Made by a program: the position numbers and the translations under genes
The notes under the pieces: generated by a model
What the model saw: the letters and a program-made list of their open reading frames with translations, nothing else
Database searches by the model: none
Told to the model about the DNA's origin: nothing
Origin: Macrostomum lignano
Taxonomy: Eukaryota
Direction: 5' to 3'
DNA length: 64,000 nt
Assembly: GCA_002269645.1 (NCBI GenBank)
Contig: NIVC01002896.1
Coordinates: forward strand, 1-64,000
In this document: positions 12,001 to 23,755 of the stretch, piece by piece
Position numbering within the stretch: position 1 is the stretch's first letter
How the letters are laid out: each line of letters opens with the position of its first letter

Positions 12001-15000
12001 GCCGGAGGGGCGAGGGCGAGAGCAGAAGGAATTTCGCCGGCTCGGGCTCTGGGAAGGCAGCTAGGGGGGATCTGAACTCTCGCGTTGGGGCGCGTGCGCG
12101 CAAGTCCCATTTTCTAGGGGGAGGGGGTGGTTGGATGGGCTTTGAGCATCCATAGCTCCGCCACCTACTTCTTATTTTTTCCAACCGAGTGGCCTCTCCG
12201 CAATCCTCGAGCAGGAAAAAAGATGCCCTTGAACCTAGTTCTAACTCACTCGGCTGGTTGTCGTCAAAAACTGGAGGGCAGCTTGTAGAAGGGGAGAGGA
12301 AGACTTTTAGTCCTGTCGGCCTGAAAAATCCCAACTGATAGAAATTAGTAACGCACGAGAACGACTGGCCCTGAAAATAGGTCAGATGTACGCCTATACT
12401 CTGTTTTAGACCATGGTGTTGCTTAAACTGGCGAGATATCACTAATCTCAAATAAGCGACTCTCTATCTGGTTAGCCTCCCCTCGGACACGCAAACTCTG
12501 TGCTCTTCTCTCTGTTTCTACCTGTCACCTGCCAATATTCGACACTCACAGAGCTGGTTCCTGGCGGGCAGCGTTCGCACTGAAGGTGTACTGATTCTCC
12601 ATCTCGGCACTCAGGTCGCCGTTCGTGTGCCCTGATGTGGCGGTCGTGCCGCCAGCCGCCGTCTCGGCTGCCGTCTTCATGTCGCGAAGATTGTCAACGA
12701 ACACCTGCGGATCCGCCAGTCCCTGCGAATCGGTCTGGGACAGCACCTCGCAACGGTTCGTCATGCTCAGAGTTCGATTGGCGGTGTAGGCGCTCATAAT
12801 GGCGGTCTGCAGTTCCACCACCTCGACGTCCGCCTCCATGCGCAGCTGGCTGATGTACGAGCACATGAAGGTGCGCATTTCCACGGAGTTGTCGCTAGTC
12901 TGGGCCACGGTGAACACACGGAGGCGACACTTGCTCCAGAACTTGTTGCGTTTCAGTAAGTGAGCCAGTAGAAGAAGCAGTCCTCCGTCGTGAACAATCC
13001 ACCACAGATCGATGGTACCGGTCTGCTTCTGGTCCGGGAACTTCGTCGGGAAGTTGTCGACGTTCTTGGGCACGAGGACGGCTTTTCCGCAGACGGCGCT
13101 AACCCGGATAACAGCCATGAACTTGTCGTAAGCTTCGGCATGGTGCCCTACGGAAGGGTCGGCAAGGAATGACCTCGTATTAGGGAGACGTAGACCTGAT
13201 CACAGCTCATACCTCACCCCATAGCTGTCTGGCTTGCATTCCTTTCACAATCAGTTTAACACAGTCACACTTAGACACATACTGAGACACAAAGACCGCA
13301 TTTGCGGATGTGATATTGAGAATTAAAAAAATACTTTTTGATGTATGCGTAGCGAGAAAAATTTTTTTGGTTCCGAAAAAATAGAATTGCACCAAAAACA
13401 TAGGATGAACTATGGGCTTCCCATGAATTTTTAAGTAGTTGCAAAGGCGAGTTCTATACATAGCGGTTCGCTGCGATAATTCAGTAAATTCACGAAAGTC
13501 AGAGTTATTGTTAAAATCAGATTAAATCCGAAGCCTATTCCTAGCAGTTAGAGAACACTCCGTCAATCGTTTAATGTCGCTCAATTTACTCAGAGATTGG
13601 GATCTGGGAGACTAAAAACCCTGCCTCAAGCTCACAGAAATTCATAAGCAGCGCTACAAATATTGGCTAAGCAAAAACCGACCTCGTCACCTGTGAATAA
13701 GATTTTTAGTAGGGGTTATTATTCGTGGACAGTTGACGGTTGATACGTTTTAAATCACGTTTTAAGTCGACGGGAGCCTGCATGGCAGCTGACTGGAGCA
13801 GAGCGGAATGGAATCTGACACCAATCCACGCTTGGGACTGCGGGCTGGGCGGCACAGCTGGGAGGGAGGCAGAGGTAGGAAATTGCATTCGGAATGCTCG
13901 TGGGAGCATGGTGATTAGGCAGGCGGAGATCTCCTCAAACGAAAGAGAGAGAGGAGAGGTAGAGAGAGAGGGAGAGAGAAAGTGCTTGTACTACAAGACA
14001 GGGTATTTTCTTCTCCAACGTCGGGCAAAATTGAATTTCTTCTTACGGCGGCGAGGAAGAACCGGATGGAAGAGGTTTTGGAGATTCGCCTGACGTGCGA
14101 GATAAGTTTCTCTACTGGATCTCAGCTGTTGGCTTGGCATAATGTCGCAAAGCCAACCAGCTTATCATTTACGACAGGGTGGTCATCAGAGCCAGCAATG
14201 AAAACATAGGAAACGTCAGTGCGGGAGACAGAATGCGTCAGTACGGAGGACAGAACGCATCAGCACGGAGGACAGAATGCGTCAGTACGGAGGACAGAAT
14301 GCGTCAGCACGGAGGACAGAATGCGTCAGTACAGAGGACAGAATGCGTCAGCACGGAGGACAGAATGCGTTAGTACGGAGGACAGAATGCGTCAGTACGG
14401 AGGACAGAATGCGTCAGCACAGAGGACAGAATTCGTCAGCATGGAGGACAGAATGCGTCAGCACGGAGGACAGAATGCGTCAGCACGGAGGACAGAATGC
14501 GTCAGTACGGAGGACAGAATGCGTCAGCACGGAGGACAGAATGCGTTAGCTCAGAGGACAGAATGCGTCAGCACGGAGGACAGAATGCGTTAGCTCAGAG
14601 GACAGAATGCGTCAGCACGGAGGACAGAATGCGTTAGTACGGAGGACAGAATGCGTCAGTACGGAGGACAGAATGCGTCAGCACAGAGGACAGAATGCGT
14701 CAGCACGGAGGACAGAATGCGTTAGCTCAGAGGACAGAATGCGTCAGCACGGAGGACAGAATGCGTTAGCTCAGAGGACAGAATGCGTCAGTACGGAGGA
14801 CAACTCAGTACGGAGGACAGAATGCGTCAGTACGGAGGACAGAATGCGTCAGCACGGAGGACAGAATGCGTCAGCACGGAGGACAGAATGCGTCAACATG
14901 GAGGACAGAATGCGTCAACATGGAGGACAGAATGCGTCAACATGGAGGACAGAATGCGTCAACATGGAGGACAGAATGCGTCAACATGGAGGACAGAATG

Positions 15001-18000
15001 CGTCAACATGGAGGACAGAATGCGTCAACATGGAGGACAGAATGCGTCAGCACGGAGGGGGATCGGGCAATCCAGGTTCAGTGCTCACCAGACGACCAGG
15101 CGGTGGGGAATGACATCATGACGCAGTTGTGCTCCAGGCCTCCTAGGCCGGCGCTCTGCACCAGGTGCTCGATTCCCTGAACCACATCCTGGGAAACGAT
15201 CATCTTGACAATGCCTTTCACCCGTTTAGCCTTCATCACGGAGCGCAGAGCGGCCTTGGCATCGTCCAGGTCAGCGTAATGATCGTAGACCATGCCCTGG
15301 ATGACAGAGCCAACGATGGTGAGGCCGCGGCCAGCCTTCAGCTGCGACAGAAGATCCAGCAGACAGACGTGCTTCGGCTTCAAGTTGTCCCCGGCCTCCA
15401 GCAGCACAAGTAGCTGGGGCCGCCAGTTCTTAGCGTGAGGCGGCTTCTCGTCAACAGACAGCAGGGCTTTCTTGGCCGCCGACAACTGCAGGCCGTTGGT
15501 GGCGTCGCCCCACTCAATGGTGGCGCCCTTCCACTGCACGTAGAAGTAGATGGCCACAGCGATGAACATTGCCAGGATAGCGAAGTACCAGCTGGACATG
15601 AACATCAGGCCCAGGCAGAACAGGAAGCCCAGGCTTGAGGTTGTCCAGTGGTAATACCGGAAGCTGGGCCGCCAGCTGGGCTCGCTCAGCAGGCTGTTCA
15701 AACAGGTGGCCATGTTGACGAAGCCGTAGCACATGAGAAAGAACTGGGATATCAGCGGCGTCAGTGCGTCGATGTCGGCGATCAGGACTCCGGCGGCGCA
15801 CATCGACAGCGTGAGGAGCTGGGCTCGGAATGGCTCGCCGCGAGCGGTGGTGACCTTGAAGGGCGCCAGCAAGCCAATGACGCTGTCGGCAGCGATAGCC
15901 TGGAACAGGCGGGGAGCACCTGCGGGAAATTTGGGATGCGGATTGCAAGCGACAGAGTGCGGGATCTGCTTTTGCTGTCGATTTTCGATCCCTGTAGATC
16001 TCCCCTATAATTCACTCTTCTTCTTCCGCCTCTAACTCCCTCCTCTTGCGCCCTCTAATCCTCTTCCGCCTTCTCCCTCCTCTTGCGCCCTCTAATCCTC
16101 TTCCGCTCTCTCCCTCCTCTTCCGCCCTCTCCCTCCTCTTGCGCCCTCTCCTTCCGCTTCCGCCTTCTCCCTCCTCTTCCGCCTTCTCCCTCCTCTTCCG
16201 CCTTCTCCTTCCTCTTCCGCCTTCTCCCTCCTCTTCCGCCCTCTCCCTCCTCTTCCGCCTTCTCCCTCCTCCTCCGCCCTCTCCCTCCTCTTCCGCCTTC
16301 TCCCTCCTCTTCCGCCTTCTCCTTCCTCTTCCGCCTTCTCCCTCCTCTTCCGCCCTCTCCCTCCTCTTCCGCCTTCTCCTTCCTCTTCCGCCCTCTCCCT
16401 CCTCTTCCGCCTTCTCCTTCATCTTCCGCCCCTCCCTCCTCTTCCACTCTCTCCTTCCTCTTCCGCCCTCTCCTTCATCTTCCGCCTTCTCCTTCCTCTT
16501 CCGCCCTCTCCCTCCTCTTCCGCCCTCTCCCTCCTCTTCCGCCCTCTCCCTCCTCTTCCGCCCTCTCCCTCCTCTTCCGCCCTCTCCTTCATCTTCCGCC
16601 CTGTCCTTCATCTTCCGCCCTCTCCTTCATCTTCCGCCCTCTCCTTCATCTTCCGCCCTCTCCTTCATCTTCCGCCCTCTCCTTCATCTTCCGCCCTCTC
16701 CTTCATCTTCCGCCCTCTCCTTCATCTTCCGCCCTCTCCTTCATCTTCCGCCCTCTCCTTCATCTTCCGCCCTCTCCTTCATCTTCCGCCCTCTCCCTCC
16801 TCTTCCGCCCTCTCCCTCCTCTTCCGCCCTCTCCCTCCTCTTCCGCCCCTCCCTCCTCTTCCGCCCTCTCCTTCATCTTCCGCCCTCTCCTTCATCTTCC
16901 GCCCTCTCCTTCATCTTCCGCCCTCTCCTTCATCTTCCGCCCTCTCCTTCATCTTCCGCCCTCTCCCTCCTCTTGCGCCCTCTCCTTCCGCTTCCGCCTT
17001 CTAAATCTCACCAGTAAGGCTCTGCAAGCCGGCTCCAACAGTGGACAGGCAGGAGCCAATCAAAATGAGCCACTCGGTTGGCCAGGCCATCAACGCTGCC
17101 ACCAATTTGCCGTCCAGACTGACGCCAAATCTGAAATTTTACACGGGGTAACAGCGGATCTTAGCACTGCATACAGTGAAAAACTGCCCCGGTTAAAAAC
17201 AGTTCAAACTCACTTGTCGCGAAGAAGGCGGCCGTCAACGTTAGCGGCAAATAGCAGGGTTGAGGCGATGTCTGGCGTGGGGATTGTCGCGCAATTGCGT
17301 TGCTTTGATTCAAGGAAAATAGTTTCTCTTTAAAGTACCTACGAAAGAGAAAGAGCATAAACGTTCTTTAGAGTGCCTCTGCCTTTAGAGTGCTCTTCAA
17401 TACAGAGTGACTCTCCATTCAAATTGTGGCCCTCCATTCAAAGTGACCCTCCATTTAGAGTGACCCTCTGTTCAGAGTGGCCCTCCATTCAGAGTAACCC
17501 TCCATTCAGAGTGACGCTCCATTCAGAGTGACGCTCCATTTATAGTGACCCTCCATGCAGAGTGACCCTCTGTTCAGAGTGACCCTGTATTCAGAGTGAC
17601 CCTCCATGCAGAGTGACCCTCTGTTCAGAGTGACCCTCTGTTCAGAGTGACCCTCTGTTCAGAGTGACCCTGTATTCAGAGTGACCCTCTATTCAGAGTG
17701 ACCCTCTATTCAGAGTGACCCTCCATTTAGAGTGACCCTCCATGCAGAGTGACCCTCTATTCAGAGTGACCCTCTGTTCAGAGTGACCCTGTATTCAGAG
17801 TGACCCTCCATACAGAGTGACCCTCTTTTTAGAGTGACCCTCTGTTCAGAGTGACCCTGTATTCAGAGTGACCCTGTATTCAGAGTGACCCTCTATTCAG
17901 AGTGACCCTCCATTTAGAGTGACCCTCCACTCAGAGTGACCCTCAATTCAGAGTGACCCTCCATTCAGAGTGACCCTCCATTCAGAGTGACCCTCCATTC

Positions 18001-21000
18001 AGAGTGACCCTCAATTCAGAGTGACCCTCCATTCAGAGTGACCCTCCATTCAGAGTGACCCTCCAAACCGAGTGACCCTCAATTCAGAGTGACCCTCCAT
18101 TCAGAGTGACCCTCCATTCAGAGTGACCCTTAATTCAGAGTGACCCTCCATTCAGAGTGACCCTCCATTCAGAGTGACCCTCCATTCAGAGTGACCCTCC
18201 ATTCAGAGTGACCCTTCATTCAGAGTGACCCTCTATTCAGAGTGACCCTCTGTTCAGAGTGACCCTCTATTCAGAGTGACCCTCCATGCAGAGTGACCCT
18301 CCATGCAGAGTGACCCTCTATTCAGAGTGACCCTCCATTCAGACCCAGGCTCCGCAAAGGATACAGACAGCAGAGGTGACCAGCACGGCGCCTACGGTGC
18401 CCCGCGGAATGGAAATGTGCGGCTTAGCCAAGTCGCCGCTCCTGTTGGAGCCGGCCATGATGCCCGTGACGCTGGGAAAGTAGATCCCGATCAGCATGAT
18501 CAGCGAGGTGCTAATATCCGCCATCGACGGCTCCTCGCCCCGGGCCTTGTCGCCCAGCTCCGGCGGATTGGAGTCGTACAGGTAGCCAGCGTCGGTGTAA
18601 TGCGACGGCAAGAAGTTCTTGACGAAGACGCCGCTGGCGATGCCGGGAATGCCGGGGAACGCGGACGCTTCGTTGCGCATGAAATACTGGCAGGCTTCCG
18701 AGTCCGTCTGGTTTTGGCAGTAGAGCCGGTAGATCGGCCCGCTGGGGTCTTTAGTGCACTGCATGGTGCCATTCTCCATCAGGTCTTTGGTGCGCAGCAG
18801 CCGGCTGCCCAGGGCGCACATCCTCGGGCTGCTGCTGTCGTTGGACACGAAGAAGCCGATGGTCAGGCTGAGGATTGAGATGAGCACGCAGGCAAGCGAG
18901 ATGGGCGCCACCTTGGACACGAAGCGAATGCCGATCATCACGCAGATGCCCATCAGTGCCAGCAGTATCAGGCCGTAGATTCTTGCGTTGTTGAAGAAGT
19001 CTTCAAAGAGGGCCGCTTGAGGCACAATGTACTTCTGCAGAAGCAGGGTTTAGCGATGTTGTTGTTGTCGGCGATATGTACATCAGTCACGTGATTTGTG
19101 CCTTTACTTAGCAACTACGCTCGTAAAAGGCTTTTTAATTAGCGATGGCCCTCTCCTACATCTGTTTTCTACCCCTCTACTTCTCTACTTCTGCCTCTCT
19201 ACTTCTCTGCCTTCCTGTCTGTCTCTCTACTTCTCTCCATTCCTGTCTGTCTCTCTACTTCTCTCCCTTCCTGTCTGTCTCTCTATTTCTCTCCCTTCCT
19301 GTCTGTCTCTCTACTTCTCTCCCTTCTTGTCTGCCTCTCTACTTCTCTGCCTTCCTGTCTGTCTCTCTACTTCTCTCCCTTCCTGTCTGTCTCTCTACTT
19401 CTCTCCCTTCCTGTCTGCCCCTCTACTTCTCTCCCTTCCTGTCTGCCTCTCTACTTCTCTGTCTCCCTCTCTCTCTCTCTCTATTTCTCTTCCAGCCAGG
19501 ATCTTTTATTAGGGGCGGGGTCCGTATTTTTGGAGTGGACACCACCAGCGTCTGGGGCAGCAGCAATACGGTTGCCACCTACTTTTGCCAGCCGATAACG
19601 GGCCTTTCTTTCCCTGCGTGACAGCGTAAAGTTGGCGGCTGAGAGGTTATCTTATCTTCTTCAACTTCTCTGACTCTACTTCTCCTACTCTACTTCTTCC
19701 ACTCAACCTCTCACAATCTACTTCAACTCTACTTGAAGTCGATTCTTCTCCTACTCGATTTCTCGTAGTCTACTTCTCATTCACTACTCCTCTCGTTTCC
19801 TGTCTCCCTCTCTCCCTCCCTTCTCCCTCCCTGCTTCCCTGTCTACTTATCAGCCAGTCTCCCCGGTACTCCTCCCAGCAGCAAAGCAATTCCCCCAACT
19901 CACGATGGCAATCTCGATCGCGCCCACAACGTACATAGCGGCAGCCACTGTGTTGGCCAAATAGAACAGAACGCCAACAGCGGAGCCGAACTCAGGGCCG
20001 AGCGAGCGCGATATCATGAAATAGGAGCCGCCGGCTGGAACCCGGCCATTCGTGGCGATGGCGGACATGGAGATGGCAGTCAGCAGAGTGCAGGTGCAGC
20101 ATGCCAGCACGATCATGAGGGTCTGGAAGCCGCCAGCGACGCCGACAATCCAGCCGAGTCTGATGAACAGCAGCACGCCGAAGATGTTCTGAATGCAGGG
20201 AAAGAACACGCCCAGGATGGTGCCGAGGTTCGCGGCTTTCTGCTCCTCGCCGTGCGCCTCTCCACTAGTCGGGTTGATGCCGGCGCGGTACTGGATGAGC
20301 TGGGTGAGCACCGAGGCCACCCGAGGCCTGCCGGTGTACTCCTCCTGCAGGGCGGACGTGTCTGTCTCAGTATGCGTCTTAGTGTGTCTCAGTATGTGTC
20401 TTAGTGTGTCTCAGTGTGTTTTTGTGTCTCTCAGTATGTGTCTTAGTGTGTCTCAGTATATGTCTTAGTGTGTCTCAGTTTGTGTCTTAGTGTGTGTCAG
20501 GATGTGTCTTAGTGTGTCTCAGGATGTGTCTTATGTGTCTCAGTATGTGTCTTAGTGTGTCTCAGGATGTGTCTTAATGTGTCTCAGGATGTGTCTTAAT
20601 GTGTCTCAGTATGTGTCTTATTGTGTCTCAGTATGTGTCTTAGTGTGTCTCAGTATGTGTCTTAGTGTGTCTCAGGATGTGTCTTTGTGTGTCTCAGGAT
20701 GTGTCTTAATGTGTCTCAATATGTGTCTTAGTGTGTCTCAGGATGTGTCTTAATGTGTCTCAGGATGTGTCTTAATGTGTCTCAGTATGTGTCTTATTGT
20801 GTCTCAGTATGTGTCTTAGTGTGTCTCAGTATGTGCCTTAGTGTGTCTCAGGATGTGTCTTTGTGTGTCTCAGTTTGTGTCTTAGTCTGTCTCAGGATGT
20901 GTCTTATTGTGTCTCAGTATGTGTCTTAGTGTGTCTCAGTATGTGCCTTAGTGTGTCTCAGGATGTGTCTTTGTGTGTCTCAGTTACTGCCTTAGTGTCT

Positions 21001-23721
21001 CTCAGTATGTGTCTTATTGTGTCTCAGTATGCGTCTTAGTGTGTCTCAGTATGTGCCTTAGTGTGTCTCAGTATGTGTCTTAGTGTGTCTCAGTATGTGC
21101 CTTAGTGTGTCTCAGTATGTGTCTTAGTGTGTCTCAGTATGTGCCTTAGTGTGTCTCAGGATGTGTCTTTGTGTGTCTCAGTTTGTGTCTTAGTCTGTCT
21201 CAGGATGTGTCTTAATGTGTCTCAGTATGCGTCTTAGTGTGTCTCAGTATGTGTCTTAGTGTGTCTCAGTTACTGCCTTAGTGTCTCTCAGTATGTGTCT
21301 TATTGTGTCTCAGTATGTGTCTTAGTGTGTCTCAGTATGTGCCTTAGTGTGTCTCAGTATGTGCCTTAGTGTGTCTCAGTATGTGTCTTAGTGTGTCTCA
21401 GTATGTGCCTTAGTGTGTCTCAGTATGTGCCTTAGTGTGTCTCAGTATGTGCCTTAGTGTCTCTCAGTATGTGTCTTAGTGTGTCTCTCAGATGTGTCTT
21501 AGTGTCTCTCAGTTTGTGTCTTAGTGTGTCTCTCAGATGTGTCTTAGTGTCTCTCTGTGTCTTAGTGTGTCTCGGTATGTGTCTTAGTTTATTTTATTGT
21601 GTCTTCGTGTATCTCCGCATGCATCTTAGTGTGGCTCAGATCTTTCCAAAACGCGCCTTTATTTATCTCCTGAGCTTCTGACTGCTACAGGTGTATTTTA
21701 ATCGCACGCCTTCAAAGTAGGAACATTTTTCCAGCCCCGAAAATGGAATTGGAATTTCCTCACTGGACCCCCTGAAGATTAATTAGTTCCGATGGCCGAA
21801 CAGAGATGGACTCAGCCGAACGGAACGAACTCAAACACCGGTAAACACAGTTCACAAGAGCAGAAAAACTCGAAATCTCGAAGCGCACGCCAAGTCAAAG
21901 CGCTCAGGATCTGGATACAGATTTCCCGCCTGATTCGCTTTCGAACTATTCGAGAGCATCCGTATAAATCGGATTCGATCTGTGTGAGAAAAATTGTGAG
22001 CTGACGGCGGGGGGCTTTTTGTGAGCACTCTCTTGCTCTCTCAAACAGGAATAGCCAAACAGCCTGCGATTCTCATTAAACAGAACGGAAGGAAGAGCGA
22101 TCTCAGAGGCCAAGGCTCAGACATTTGCTCAACAAGGCTCACAGCGAGCGGATTAAGTCAGATGCTGCTGACGGGACAAAGTTTTTGACACTCAGAGGGA
22201 TTAAAGAAAACCCGCTGCCCAGAGGCGACCTCCGTTGGACTTTTTGTTCGTTCCAGAATTTTGTCTGCAAGTAGCTCTGTTGCCTTTTTGCTCACTATGA
22301 CTCCCTATGACTCAGTATGACCCTCACTATGACTCTTAGTATGACTCTCAGTATGACTCTTAGTATGACTCTTAGTATGACTCTTAGTATGACTCTCACT
22401 ATGACTCTTAGTATGACTCTTATTATGACTCTCAGTATGACTCTCAGAATGTCTCTCAATATAACCCTCACTATGACCCCCACTATGACTCTCGGTATGA
22501 CTCTCAGAATGTCTCCCACTATGACTCTCACAATGACCCTCGCTATGACTCCCACTATGACTCTCAATATGACTCTCAGAATGTCTCTCACTATGACCCT
22601 CACTATGACTCTCAGTATGACTCTCCCTTTCTCTCCAATTGATAGTATGAGCGACACTATGACTCTCTATATAACCCCCAGCAACAGTCCATGAGAAACG
22701 CATGGACCGGCCATCCTCTCCGGCAACAGCTTTTCTCATCGAACCAGCCTCTAAAATTAATGAGGTTCCGTCCCGATTCATACCGCCGTCCTTTTAGTCG
22801 CATTTGTTCCCCAAATTTCGAATGTTTTTTTGCCTCGAGCGGACACACTTAATCGCTGTATTAGTTAGACGAAGACGCTTGGAGGATACTAGCTGGGACC
22901 TCCTCGTGGGCTACTCGAGCGTAAGGAACACTCGTCCGCTCATTTTTTGCCGACTGCGTCACTAAATTGAGCCGATTGCCCCCCCCCTCCCGAATTTCTT
23001 TGATGACCGAAGGATTGGGATCTGTGCGGAAGGAATCGCCGAGCAAGTAGGGGAAGTCAAATCGCTGAAGAGCTTGATTGAGAGCTGTCAGAGTGGCTAC
23101 ACTCTCTAGCCGCCGTGAATTGATGCTAAACGAGACCCAAGGGATGCCAACGATGAGAGGGGACTTCGCACGCAGATCCGGAAACCCGGAAAATTTTTGA
23201 CGGCCTCTCAAATCTCACGCTGTGGACTTTCAATCATTTGCCGCACGCACATTGAAGTTGGAGCTGCGGCGATCGAGTGTTTTGTCATTCCTTAGTCAGA
23301 CAAATCGAATTGACCTACACTCGCTTATCAAACCATGCAACACCCACAGGGCTACAGTGTGTTATCCTTACCACCTTTACAATGAAAGCTGCCACTAAAT
23401 ATGGCCGCTGTTTAAGGCAAGGCGCGAAGTTTCAGGTGTTGGGCACAAGGAGATTTTGAGGGACCTGGGTAGGCGAATTTGTTGTGCCAGATTTCTGGGT
23501 AGAAGCGTGGGATTCAGGTGAAAAGGGGAAGCTGGCACTGTTCAACACGCAAAAGCAGAGAATTTTAAAAAGCCATTACAGGCTTCCTTAATGCTATTTT
23601 CCTTTCTACACCTGGGGTACATTTCAAAGGCGACATTGAGTGCAGAAGACACATTCTCACCCTGTACAGGTCCAGGTCGTCCAGGTCTTCGTTCAACGCC
23701 TCGCCCTCCTTATGGTGGTGC

Positions 23722-23755
<34 letters not shown>

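Noticed and set aside
20345-20365. Alternative upstream acceptor for KCC exon 3 at 20361 (TSALQEEY)
   Set aside because: Phase does not fit exon 2; the 20344 acceptor gives LDLYREEY, which matches the family motif.
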